Below the pieces are notes generated by a model. The model was not told the DNA's origin, searched no databases, and saw only the letters and a list, made by a program, of their open reading frames with translations. From Candidatus Thermosaccharophagus yellowstonensis (lineage in GTDB: Bacteria > Armatimonadota > Fervidibacteria > Fervidibacterales > Thermosaccharophagaceae), in the NCBI GenBank assembly GCA_041537945.1, contig JBGOEK010000003.1, positions 11,856 to 75,855 of the forward strand: DNA of 64,000 nucleotides, in the 5' to 3' direction. Both the position numbers and the translations under genes were made by a program. Below are positions 11,101 through 19,083 of this stretch, piece after piece. Position 1 is the first letter of the stretch; every line of letters begins with the position of its first letter.

Positions 11101-11466
11101 GGGTTGGGTATGCAGTATGCAGGCAAAAGACTTAACATGTCGCTCTCGCTGGATACATTGAGCAGTGTGACATCGCAACAACTCTCAAGCGAGGGCGAGT
11201 TCAAAAACAAGTTCTCGAGCGCAACTCTTAATGTGGGCTACAGGCTTGGAGAAAGGCTCGATCTGTCAGGCACATTCGTGCACGCTCGAAACAAAGGAAT
11301 GGGTGGCTATGGACAGAATTCTTTTCGCGTCGCAGTTGGCTATCGCATATTTGAGCAACTCTGGCTCGACCTCAACATTGAACGCATTGATAGGAAGGAT
11401 TTGGCAGGCACTAACAGCGATTACAAGGCGACAATCCTCAGCTTCCAGCTTCGTGGTAGCTTCTGA
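8176..11466 (+). CDS. large outer-membrane beta-barrel protein with tandem N-terminal surface domains
   Basis: 1096 aa with signal peptide WSVALLFVALLLWANGVLCLG. C-terminal half has alternating amphipathic beta-strand character rich in S/Y/G/N. The protein ends ...ATILSFQLRGSF, a terminal aromatic typical of BAM substrates. Family not recognised. Confidence 0.7.
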   Translation: MMDDFTRRFRWSVALLFVALLLWANGVLCLGDERRDDEAQVESAPMDDGAVKLSRMKTIESQPSRIIKSQPLPTIKDGQLTSTRVVVPPNHWEADGTGEQKNKQTKTTLGVLQRLQIRGTALLSYNIQDVEAKSSSGRAAFVQENYGSAKSLYHYTSVIAEGQLIGKLRVRAQFNTPSYNPRSNTFVLEYPMGNFLLRYGDLTLSFSGNRFASLSRWTRGIELRYSLDGNAEKVYGIGQGSTSGNELIIVTAEGKSQVKRDVIQGNNTSGPFFLSSSPVVEGSEQVFVDMRLMKRGEDYQIDYDVGTITFLGATIIPSTSTIVVTYEAAQPGEGIGRFWGARLNWRSGNSMRIGVSFLTQGAAQRQAGDASRKLREEFVGANTVGPFQLSQRPIVEGSETVSVNGIPHVRDKDYIINYISGLITFVRPVPAGAIIAVEYEQRVSHGAVIGQLSVMGIDADIKLGSIGSANLQWAFSNGPTRSGTAIEISSQLSFGRLEQGKTRGKREEAKQRGNEVSDVAGTPTQSPEDEGLKEITTRVDQGERWGASAQQGEALRLPTPRTPSASLRRSLGEPSWSGIGYGGGSTYTLSGVARTQLSLRLLKVTPGFSRIENADFYQNESGVEVNLTHRFTEHLSLTSQWVNASSSYLRGAYSNAQSSTSSNRFYATLSYEKPNVPVIRLAYQRFGFGGSSKSDYASASALISYRRGRWGVDTAYEDNSQSVAGLLNTARVRTRAFRFTSSFEPSEKLSLSVDYSSNRSSGVSQSSSVSNLLFGVRFQPWRSMQLSLTHNILVGSSGTGLGSFITGGASGTYSGLPYITNPYGFGYGGYTTPISLGGYGTLTASQRPVAGLGGTAPIGYSSPSMNSSWGNEVWRSRQVGSNMTGATSNTNTNTNNRSIITTASLDWQPSSRLSLACQWSYQFTRGSSFIADYKNTDYGAQLTYQLSSKVTLMGHLSRQKNSFFNPNSDAFTSIYGLGMQYAGKRLNMSLSLDTLSSVTSQQLSSEGEFKNKFSSATLNVGYRLGERLDLSGTFVHARNKGMGGYGQNSFRVAVGYRIFEQLWLDLNIERIDRKDLAGTNSDYKATILSFQLRGSF
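8959..9495 (+). repeat. intragenic tandem domain duplication (two ~66-aa units) inside the OMP gene
   Basis: Unit 1 (8959-9156): GNNTSGPFFLSSSPVVEGSEQVFVD..EDYQIDYDVGTITF...VVTYE. Unit 2 (9301-9495): GANTVGPFQLSQRPIVEGSETVSVN..KDYIINYISGLITF...AVEYE. Shared pattern: G-x-N-T-x-GPF-x-LS-x-x-P-[VI]-VEGSE-x-V-x-V...DY-x-I-x-Y-x-x-G-x-ITF. Confidence 0.7.
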
Positions 11467-13333
11467 TGCGCTTGCCCTCGCTTTGCCCGCACTCGTTTCC
11501 TTCCACCTTTTCGGATGTGGTGCTGGCAAGACGACACTCGGTAACAATACGGTGAGCAAGCCAACACCAATAATAGCAGTTACATCGAGCCCCGGCGGCG
11601 CAAGGATATTCATAGATGGCAAAGATAGCGGTGCTTACTCATTTGCCTCGGGTAACGCTCCAACGAATGTATCGATTGAGCATGTCACGCCAGAAGGCAG
11701 TGTCCACTTGGTGACTCTCAAATTGGAGGGCTACTACGACTGGAACATGTTTGTGATGTTGATGCCGGATTCGATCGTCCGTGTTGATGCGAAGCTCGTG
11801 AGCAGTTCTCAAGCTCAAACTACTGGCAAGCTCATCATCACATCCGAGCCAGAGGGAGCGGAGGTGTTTCTTGATGGCAATCCAACCAACATGAAGACAC
11901 CCGCAGAGTTGAGTGGTCTTTCACCGACGAGGCACGCAATCAAGCTTCGGCTTCGAGATATGGAGCTTTTTGACTTCGTGGATGTGAAGCCAGATGGGGC
12001 TGTTGAGTTGCACGCAGTTTTTGATGAGCCAACGAAAGGCTCAATATCTGGCGTTGTGTATAATGTCAACGGCGATACGATGCTTGATGCCGATGTCAAG
12101 CTCATGCTCGGTGAGCAGGTTGTGGCGACATCAAGGACAACACTGTTTGGGACATTCCTCTTCCGCAACATCGCTCCTGGAAGGTATACAATTCGTGCAA
12201 CTGCTGAGACACCATCTGGGACGCTCTTCGGCGAGCGTAGCAACATCATCGTTGTTAGCGGTAGAAGGACATTCAACGCAGATGTGACGGTATTCCCGGA
12301 AGGCATCGTTGGTGGCATCCAAGGCAGAGTGACAAATAAAGCGGGGAAGCCAATTGAAGGTGCGCATGTCTTCACACTCATCGGTTTGCTCTCAGCTTCA
12401 TCAGATGTGACGGATTCCTCTGGGCGATATCGCTTAACCAATGTCCCTGAAGGATCATGGATTGTTGAGGCGCTGGCGCTCGGTTACTTGCGCTCACGCC
12501 AACAGGTCTATGTTGAGAAGGGGAAAACAGCTCAATTGGACTTCGTCCTTGATGAAGCTCAAAAAGTGCTTGCGCCCTTGCCGAAGCCAGAGCCACCATC
12601 TGGAACGATGTTAACATATCCAGCAACCGTTAGCAGGGGCTTGAACGATGGGAGCAAAAACGCCTTCATCTCTTTCCTGAGGCTTCATCGCGTGGATAAC
12701 TTGATCAAAGTGTTAACGGCACCGCACCCACAAAGTAAGCACAAGCGCATGCCAGTGAGGGGGTTCTTCATCGAGGCAGACTTGTGGTGGAAAATCATCA
12801 GCAGGGAAGATGTCTTGGGCTATGTTGTCTATCGTAGCTTCGCTGAGAGCGGTGGTTTCAAACGGGTGACAACGATTTACGGGACGGCGCTCCCAATGTT
12901 TGTTGATCTCTCTGATGAGCACACGCCACTTAAGCCGGTGCGCTACGCTATCACCTTGCTATCGGCGCTGAACAATGAAAGCGACATGAGTGACCCCATA
13001 AGGCTTGAACCAATCGGTGAAGCGCGCTTGAAGTCGCCACCCAACCAAGCCATCATCAAAGTTAGTGAAGGGGAGCGAATCTCGTTTGAGTGGCATCCTG
13101 TAGAGGGTGCCACTGCGTATTGGGTGCAACTCTTCAGCGAGTTCCCAACAGGTGCTGTTGATCCACAGTGGGAGACGACGAGCCCGCTTAAGGTGACGAA
13201 TGTTGCTTACGATGGTCCACAGTTGTTGCGGGGCAAAACTTACTACTGGATGGTGATCGCTTCAAATTCTGACGAACCTAAAAAAGCGACTGCGTTTAGC
13301 TACAGTGAGCTGAGGCAGTTCATTGTGCAGTGA
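11453..13333 (+). CDS. lipoprotein with PEGA and CarboxypepD_reg-like domains
   Basis: Lipobox-like ALALPALVSFHLFGC. PEGA motifs SSPGGARIFIDGKDSG and SEPEGAEVFLDGNPTNMKTP. CarboxypepD_reg segments GSISGVVYNVNGD...FRNIAPGRYTIRA and GGIQGRVTNKAGKPIEGAHV...SSGRYRLTNVPEGSW. Start is uncertain: GTG 11453 was chosen, and the ORF track start at 11231 lies inside the preceding gene. Confidence 0.65.
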   Translation: MVASDALALALPALVSFHLFGCGAGKTTLGNNTVSKPTPIIAVTSSPGGARIFIDGKDSGAYSFASGNAPTNVSIEHVTPEGSVHLVTLKLEGYYDWNMFVMLMPDSIVRVDAKLVSSSQAQTTGKLIITSEPEGAEVFLDGNPTNMKTPAELSGLSPTRHAIKLRLRDMELFDFVDVKPDGAVELHAVFDEPTKGSISGVVYNVNGDTMLDADVKLMLGEQVVATSRTTLFGTFLFRNIAPGRYTIRATAETPSGTLFGERSNIIVVSGRRTFNADVTVFPEGIVGGIQGRVTNKAGKPIEGAHVFTLIGLLSASSDVTDSSGRYRLTNVPEGSWIVEALALGYLRSRQQVYVEKGKTAQLDFVLDEAQKVLAPLPKPEPPSGTMLTYPATVSRGLNDGSKNAFISFLRLHRVDNLIKVLTAPHPQSKHKRMPVRGFFIEADLWWKIISREDVLGYVVYRSFAESGGFKRVTTIYGTALPMFVDLSDEHTPLKPVRYAITLLSALNNESDMSDPIRLEPIGEARLKSPPNQAIIKVSEGERISFEWHPVEGATAYWVQLFSEFPTGAVDPQWETTSPLKVTNVAYDGPQLLRGKTYYWMVIASNSDEPKKATAFSYSELRQFIVQ

Positions 13334-13353
13334 CGAGAGAGGGGGCAACGGAT

Positions 13354-15603
13354 ATGAGCTCAGCTTTGAAGCTACGAAGTGTGGTTGCGTTAGCTGTAGT
13401 TGCGTTAGCCTATGTCTCGCTTTGTAGCGTTGCGCTTGCTCAAGGCACATACGAAGTTCTGGATAACACGCCTTTTGAGACACGCATAAGAGGCGTAGCA
13501 GGCGTTATAGCGGTTGATAGCAGTGGTGTGCGCAATGCGAATCAGCTTCGGTGGCGCACTCAATATGCGATAAGAGATGCCGAATGGCGCTTGAGGAGGA
13601 CTCGCCCACAGGTCATCCATTTCCTTCGCCGATACGGCTTTTGGCGTAGCAAGCGTTTAGGCATTGACATGCTCGCTGTTGCAGTTGAGCCGAAGGGTAA
13701 ACGCATGCTCACCGCATCATCGCTTAGCGCTCCCACAAAAGCGAGGAGGGCATATGGTGCTGGGAAGCTTGAGTTTGAGTTTGTAGGCTTCCGAAAGGAA
13801 GTAGCGGAAGCGCTTCGCAACTGGCTCAACTCCGCAATGCCTACATTGATTGAAGTTTACGGAAGCCCAGTTTCAACGCCTCCGGGATCAACAAGGAAAG
13901 TCAAGATCATTCTCGATACCACCCTTGATGCGCTTGACGGGGGCGTCTATTCGCCATCGACTGATGAAATACGCATCAGCGCATTTGAGGGGAGAAACTT
14001 TGACTACTTCAACCTCGTCCACCAAGTTTTGCATGCCTTCCGTGGACCGCTCATCATCTCCTATCCTGCATGGGAGGAGGGGATGGCGAGGGCAGCAGCC
14101 ACAATAGCCACAAGGAAACTCATACCGAAGTTTGACCCAAGCGACCCAACGGATGGCGACCCGCTTTTCCTCATGCCACTTTATGACTTGCTTAACCAAC
14201 CACCACTTGGCAACTCAGTTTTCATCCCGCCATCGGGCTACCAGACGATGTCCATTTGGCGCTACGGCATGAGCGCTGCAACTTGGCTCAAAGTGGCTGC
14301 TGAGGATGAGAGCTTCTTCAAGAAATTCAACGAGATCTACTACAGCAAATATGATGAGCGAGCGAGCATTCCGCTCTCTGGGGATGTGCCAGCTTTGAAA
14401 TACATCGCAAGCCAAATAGTCAAGCAGGTTGAGGGCATGGACTTCTATGACTGGTATCGTCGGCAATGGGTTTTAGATACGAGCGTGCGCAGTGGCTTTA
14501 AGCTCTATGTCTTCAATGTGCCACTTGAGATAGGTGTCCTCATCGCCATATGCTATTACCGCACAACGCCAGATGGAAACGAGATACCGCTGAGCGCACT
14601 CGCACAGCTCAGATACAGCAATGACATGAGCGATGACCTGTATGCTGAAGAGGGCAACGAGGCTGATATAGTCTCTGGTGAGGGCTTCATCGCTCCGCAG
14701 TTCTTCAACATAGGTGGTCCGAACTTGATCAGGATAGACATAGCCGTTGAAGGCATACGCACAACAGTTTACTTCCCATACGATGTGAGGGGTGAGACAA
14801 ACAAAGAGAACCCGATATTCGGGGGGCTCATAGGCGCAGGCGGTGGGCAAGTCGTCATCAAAGGGGATGGCATCAGCGAAAGCGTGAGCGTCTCTCGTGG
14901 GGTCTTCGCTGTGACAAGCGGGGTTGAGTTAAGCGGGTTGCGCAAGTTCACGATTGAGCACACGCCATCTGACGGGATCACAATGACCGAGCGCAGGAAT
15001 ATGTGTTTTGGGTTCTATGTGCTTATGCTCAACGGTAGGACATCGGTTGTAACTGTTGAAAGGTTTTTCAAACGGGGTTGGCACTTGTTTGGCGTCCCAG
15101 TCATTCCGATTAAGACGGATGAAGCCGACATACTCGGCATACCCAAGGAGAAACTACTGTTGGCTCATTGGCAACCAAACTTGGTTGGGGCAAGCAGGTA
15201 TGAAATTTATCCGAGCATCTCAACTCCGATGCATCCGGGGGTTGGGTATTGGCTGTTGCTCGACAGCGATCGCACGATAACTGTCCAAGGAACACCAACT
15301 CCAACAGATGAGCCTTTTGAAATACCCCTGCTTGGTGGGTTTAACCAGTTAGCGAATCCGTTCCCGTTCAAGATCAGCGTTGACGACTTCATGGTCGTAT
15401 ACAAAGATGGAGAGCCGTTGAGCTTACAGATGGCGAGCCAGATGGGCTACATTGATCCAAATGTTTGGGTTTGGACACAGGAAGAGGGATATCAAAGGGC
15501 AACAACAATTGAGCCTTGGGGTGGCTTCTGGGTGCGTTCGTTACAGCCAGTTGGTGTGTGGCTGATCATACCGCCAGTGCAAGCCAAGTCTGTTGGCAGA
15601 TGA
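13354..15603 (+). CDS. secreted hypothetical protein (750 aa)
   Basis: ATG 13354 follows GAGAGAGGGGG. Signal peptide LRSVVALAVVALAYVSLCSVALAQG. Clean coding frame with no family recognised. Contains an HQVLH motif at 14020-14034. Confidence 0.6.
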   Translation: MSSALKLRSVVALAVVALAYVSLCSVALAQGTYEVLDNTPFETRIRGVAGVIAVDSSGVRNANQLRWRTQYAIRDAEWRLRRTRPQVIHFLRRYGFWRSKRLGIDMLAVAVEPKGKRMLTASSLSAPTKARRAYGAGKLEFEFVGFRKEVAEALRNWLNSAMPTLIEVYGSPVSTPPGSTRKVKIILDTTLDALDGGVYSPSTDEIRISAFEGRNFDYFNLVHQVLHAFRGPLIISYPAWEEGMARAAATIATRKLIPKFDPSDPTDGDPLFLMPLYDLLNQPPLGNSVFIPPSGYQTMSIWRYGMSAATWLKVAAEDESFFKKFNEIYYSKYDERASIPLSGDVPALKYIASQIVKQVEGMDFYDWYRRQWVLDTSVRSGFKLYVFNVPLEIGVLIAICYYRTTPDGNEIPLSALAQLRYSNDMSDDLYAEEGNEADIVSGEGFIAPQFFNIGGPNLIRIDIAVEGIRTTVYFPYDVRGETNKENPIFGGLIGAGGGQVVIKGDGISESVSVSRGVFAVTSGVELSGLRKFTIEHTPSDGITMTERRNMCFGFYVLMLNGRTSVVTVERFFKRGWHLFGVPVIPIKTDEADILGIPKEKLLLAHWQPNLVGASRYEIYPSISTPMHPGVGYWLLLDSDRTITVQGTPTPTDEPFEIPLLGGFNQLANPFPFKISVDDFMVVYKDGEPLSLQMASQMGYIDPNVWVWTQEEGYQRATTIEPWGGFWVRSLQPVGVWLIIPPVQAKSVGR

Positions 15604-15665
15604 AGCATAGGGTTCGGTCGCTGAATGGGAGGTGAGAAGCCCTGATCAAAGGATACAGCTCCAAA

Positions 15666-16790
15666 ATGTGTATTTCCGTTGGCGTGGTTATTTTGCTCTT
15701 CTGCATGCCCTTCGGGTGCGGTGGAGGTGGTATATCAGGGCGTTTTAATATGGTGCGCTTCGTCGGTAAGGTCGTTGATGAAGAGACAAAAAAACCTGTT
15801 GTGGGAGCTCGCGTGGTCATCAATGGTGTTAAGACGGATTCAAGCAAGGAAGGTGTGTTTGAGCTTGATGTCGCCATTCCCGTTGGTGTGAGCGAACTGC
15901 CAATCACAATCTCAAAGCATGGCTATAGGACATTAGCGCAAAGGTGGCGTGTGCCACAACAATTCGTTAGCCCTTATAAGTTTGAAAGCCCATTTGAGTT
16001 ATCGCGATATGAAGGCTCTGGAACGATTAAAGGGAAGGTGATCGCAGGTGATACCAACAAAGGCATTGTGAACGCGAGAGTGACGGTGACCATCGACTAC
16101 ACATCCGTTTACGGGTGGACAGATAACGATGGCGAGTTCGTCCTCAGTGGCATAAGCCCCGGGGAAGCCAAAGTGGAGGTTGAGCATACGGACTTCATCA
16201 AAAAAGTGTTGTCTACACCAATCACCGTTGATCGGGAGATCTCTATAGGGGATGTTGTGCTTTTGAGAATTGGTCAACCAATCTCAGTTGTTGGTTATGT
16301 GCTTGATGCCGAGAGCTGTTCGCCTGTAAGTGGAGCTAAAGTAAGCATCGCCAACAAAGAGGCTACGACAAACTTTGAAGGCAAGTTTGAGCTTAGCGGA
16401 GTCCCATCTGGCATGCAAAGCATCACCATTTCACATCCGAGCTACGAGCCGTTTGAAGGGAAAGTGATGATAAAGGGCGAAGAGTTAACCTTTTACATCA
16501 CGCCTAAAGGTGCGCTACCATCTTTGCCGTTCACTATCGGTGGCATAGTTACCGTTGCTGGAGGTCAACCTGCAAGAAACGCAACCGTTGAACTTATTGA
16601 TGCCAAGACAAACCTCACTGTTGGCATAACTTACACAGATGCGAATGGACGATATGGTTTCTTCGTCCTGCCGGGGGAATACAAAGTGAGTGTCAAACTT
16701 AGTGGCTACAAGCCACAGGAGAGGGATGTCACACTTCCGTATGGGGGCATCGTGATTGCAGATGTGAATTTCGAGCTACAGCCGTTGTAA
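15666..16790 (+). CDS. lipoprotein made of about four CarboxypepD_reg-like Ig domains
   Basis: Lipobox CMPFGCGGGG. Repeated segments FVGKVVDEETKKPVVGARVVING, IKGKVIAGDTNKGIVNARVTV, VVGYVLDAESCSPVSGAKVSI and IGGIVTVAGGQPARNATVELID...ANGRYGFFVLPGEYKV. Confidence 0.7.
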   Translation: MCISVGVVILLFCMPFGCGGGGISGRFNMVRFVGKVVDEETKKPVVGARVVINGVKTDSSKEGVFELDVAIPVGVSELPITISKHGYRTLAQRWRVPQQFVSPYKFESPFELSRYEGSGTIKGKVIAGDTNKGIVNARVTVTIDYTSVYGWTDNDGEFVLSGISPGEAKVEVEHTDFIKKVLSTPITVDREISIGDVVLLRIGQPISVVGYVLDAESCSPVSGAKVSIANKEATTNFEGKFELSGVPSGMQSITISHPSYEPFEGKVMIKGEELTFYITPKGALPSLPFTIGGIVTVAGGQPARNATVELIDAKTNLTVGITYTDANGRYGFFVLPGEYKVSVKLSGYKPQERDVTLPYGGIVIADVNFELQPL

Positions 16791-16836
16791 GGTTGTGCCG
16801 TTTGCACTCATAATCTCAAAACAGGGGGTGCGAGAA

Positions 16837-17307
16837 ATGAAGAAGCACTGCATGCTCATATCGCTGTTGTATGGTTGTGCTTATGTAATGTGGGCTTTTT
16901 GTGTCTCTTCCTTCCTCGCATCTTGCGGTGGGGGTGAGAAGGAATTGATACTGCCGATTGTCCCGGGGCAAAAACTTGTGAAGTTGACTGGCACCGTGCG
17001 TGATCAAGCTGGGAAACCCATAAGTGGAGCTACGATTGAAGCTCGCAGTTTACAGGATGAATTACTTGGTGAATTACTTGGGACGACAACGAGCCGTGAT
17101 GACGGGAAATGGGAGCTTAACCTTTACCTTCCTGTTGGCGTTGAAAATATAAGGCTGACGATTTCTGCTGCCGGCTATAAAGATACTACAATAAAAGTGC
17201 CACTAAGCGAAGGTTACAATCCACCTGTTGATGTAACTTTGAAGCTTTTGAGCGAGCTGACTACTGGCACTTTGATGCCACCACCTCCGCCTACCTTCTC
17301 AGAATGA
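16837..17307 (+). CDS. small lipoprotein with one CarboxypepD_reg-like domain
   Basis: ATG 16837 follows AGGGGG. Lipobox FLASCGGG. Segment LTGTVRDQAGKPISGATIEARS...DDGKWELNLYLP. Pro-rich tail. Confidence 0.6.
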   Translation: MKKHCMLISLLYGCAYVMWAFCVSSFLASCGGGEKELILPIVPGQKLVKLTGTVRDQAGKPISGATIEARSLQDELLGELLGTTTSRDDGKWELNLYLPVGVENIRLTISAAGYKDTTIKVPLSEGYNPPVDVTLKLLSELTTGTLMPPPPPTFSE

Positions 17308-17319
17308 GGTGAAGGGCGC

Positions 17320-18855
17320 GTGAGCCTTTGGCGCTCAAAATCGTGGCGGTGCTTTTTCGGTGTCCTATGTTTGGCGGGTCTCATCTCCATTTGTGGTGTT
17401 GTATGGCGTGCGCATGTTTCGAGGCAACCACATGAAAACAAGAAGCCCTCAAAACCTCCTTCGGACCTGTCAGCCAAGTTTGAGCGTATCCGAGGTTTAA
17501 AGATACGAAGCAAAGGGAAGACAGTTTGGCACCTTGTGATTGATAGCGTGCAAATCAACAAACAAAGGACGCTCGCTGAAGTTGATGGGCTCAAGGAAGC
17601 CGTTTATTACCTATCTGGCAGGCAACTCCTTAGCATGAGCGCAAAGAAGGCTATATGGAACATGCTCACGAACGACATCGAAGTTTGGGGCGATGTATGC
17701 GTGCGTTTGAACACCGGCTTGCAAATGAGGATGGAGAGGCTCAATTGGCATGATTCAGGCTGTGTCCTTCAGATACCGAGCAAAGTCATCGGTGAGTCAA
17801 AATCACTCCGCTTCGTTGCTATGGGTGTCGTCTATGAGGCGAGGCGTTCTTTGCTGAGGTTGCTCAACGGTGTTTTTGCGTGCGCAGATGATGCACAGTT
17901 TTATTGTCGCCAACTTGATATCAGCATCCCAAGCGGTGAGTATACCGCTCATCCGCCTGTCAGGCTGGTTTTATGCTTCCACTCACTTGAAGAGGAGTTG
18001 GAAGTCAAACCGATAACCGTTGAGACAATCACACAGCTCATAGGTCTCGGAAACACAGCCTCACCTGAACAGAAGGAGAAGAAGGCAAAGGGTGAGAAGG
18101 AGGAACGGAGGATAGTTTTCGAATCGCTGACACAGCCGTTGAAGCGTGTCGGTAGGAAAGTTTATGGCGCGGATGTGACAGTGCGCGAGGAAGGTGAAGA
18201 TTACACGATCACTGTGAAGCATTTCACATACGATGAGAGCAAGGAATACCTTGTAGCTGATGGCATGGTGCGCTACGAAGACCCAGATGTGATCCTCACC
18301 GCACCTAAGGCTGAATTGTTCAGGAGGGAACGCAGGTTGCTCCTTGTGGGTAAGGTGCACCTTGAATCGAAGCCGAGGGAAAGCCCACAAAACGCAAGCG
18401 CAAAAAACGGTTCCAAGAGCCAGCAAGGCGGTGAAGAGGAACTCCCGTTGAGGGAAAGGATAAGGCGGAAGCCAACCGTGATCGATTGCGAACAGCTTGA
18501 ATACTTCTACCGTGAGCGTCGCGCTGTTGCCAAAGGCAATTTGAAGTTCAAGCACGGACAGTATGCCGGCAGTGCTTCTACGGTCACATATTGGCATCGT
18601 GAGGACAAGCTCTTAGCTGAGGGGAAAGTCGTGGTGAACGATTTGGAAGAGGGGCATCTGTTTGAGTGCACAAGTGTAACGATACTGCTCGCAAATGATG
18701 AGAGAAAGGAGGACGAAATAATAGTTGCACCCGGCGCAAGAGCGCTGATCAAGGTCAAGGAAGAGGAAGAAGAAACTAAGCCGAGCGAGGAGAAGACAAA
18801 GCAACAAGAGGAACGAAAAACACCACCCAAGGTGGAGGAGAAGACTAAGCCATAA
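17320..18855 (+). CDS. membrane-anchored LptC/LptA (OstA)-like beta-jellyroll protein with E/K-rich tail
   Basis: N-terminal TM helix CFFGVLCLAGLISICGVVW. LptC-like pattern KGKTVWHLVIDSVQINKQRTLAEVDGLKEAVYYL...IEVWGDVCV. Second OstA-like half LVADGMVRYEDPDVILTAPKAELF...LLLVGKVHL and AVAKGNLKFKHGQYAGSASTVTY...LLAEGKVVV. Assignment is by eye only. Confidence 0.4.
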   Translation: MSLWRSKSWRCFFGVLCLAGLISICGVVWRAHVSRQPHENKKPSKPPSDLSAKFERIRGLKIRSKGKTVWHLVIDSVQINKQRTLAEVDGLKEAVYYLSGRQLLSMSAKKAIWNMLTNDIEVWGDVCVRLNTGLQMRMERLNWHDSGCVLQIPSKVIGESKSLRFVAMGVVYEARRSLLRLLNGVFACADDAQFYCRQLDISIPSGEYTAHPPVRLVLCFHSLEEELEVKPITVETITQLIGLGNTASPEQKEKKAKGEKEERRIVFESLTQPLKRVGRKVYGADVTVREEGEDYTITVKHFTYDESKEYLVADGMVRYEDPDVILTAPKAELFRRERRLLLVGKVHLESKPRESPQNASAKNGSKSQQGGEEELPLRERIRRKPTVIDCEQLEYFYRERRAVAKGNLKFKHGQYAGSASTVTYWHREDKLLAEGKVVVNDLEEGHLFECTSVTILLANDERKEDEIIVAPGARALIKVKEEEEETKPSEEKTKQQEERKTPPKVEEKTKP

Positions 18856-19083
18856 ATTGATTCCACGAGCAACAATTCGGTATTGAGTGAGGACAAGCCC
18901 CTCGTGAATTGCGTTCGTATCGCATTGGACGCAAAATCTCAATTGGTGTGAGTTTGAAAGTTTGGGTGTTCCTTCAGGTGAGCTGGTGTGGGTGTTTTGT
19001 GAAGCTCTTTTCCAACTCGCCTTGTTTGCCATTCTCGCACGCTTTCCGCTAAGCTTCAAAGCATCGCAATCTCTTGCGAGGAG

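Noticed and set aside
11231-11452. Upstream extensions of ORF-track entries (11231, 41799, 29659, 6963, 6512, 45740) that overlap the preceding gene by 50-230 nt
   Set aside because: The extensions lack homology-like sequence and overlap well-supported coding regions. Internal starts with SD-like sequences, or with signal peptides beginning right after them, give products of the expected length, so I trimmed the starts. Exact starts remain uncertain.
18856-19083. The largest intergenic gaps (18856-19083, 32739-32961, 27158-27340, 23458-23633) inspected for tRNA, small RNA, CRISPR repeats, IS ends or strong terminators
   Set aside because: I could find no cloverleaf-compatible sequence, direct repeat arrays, terminal inverted repeats or GC-rich hairpin followed by a T-tract. 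Only weak short stems are present (for example CACGAG...CTCGTG).
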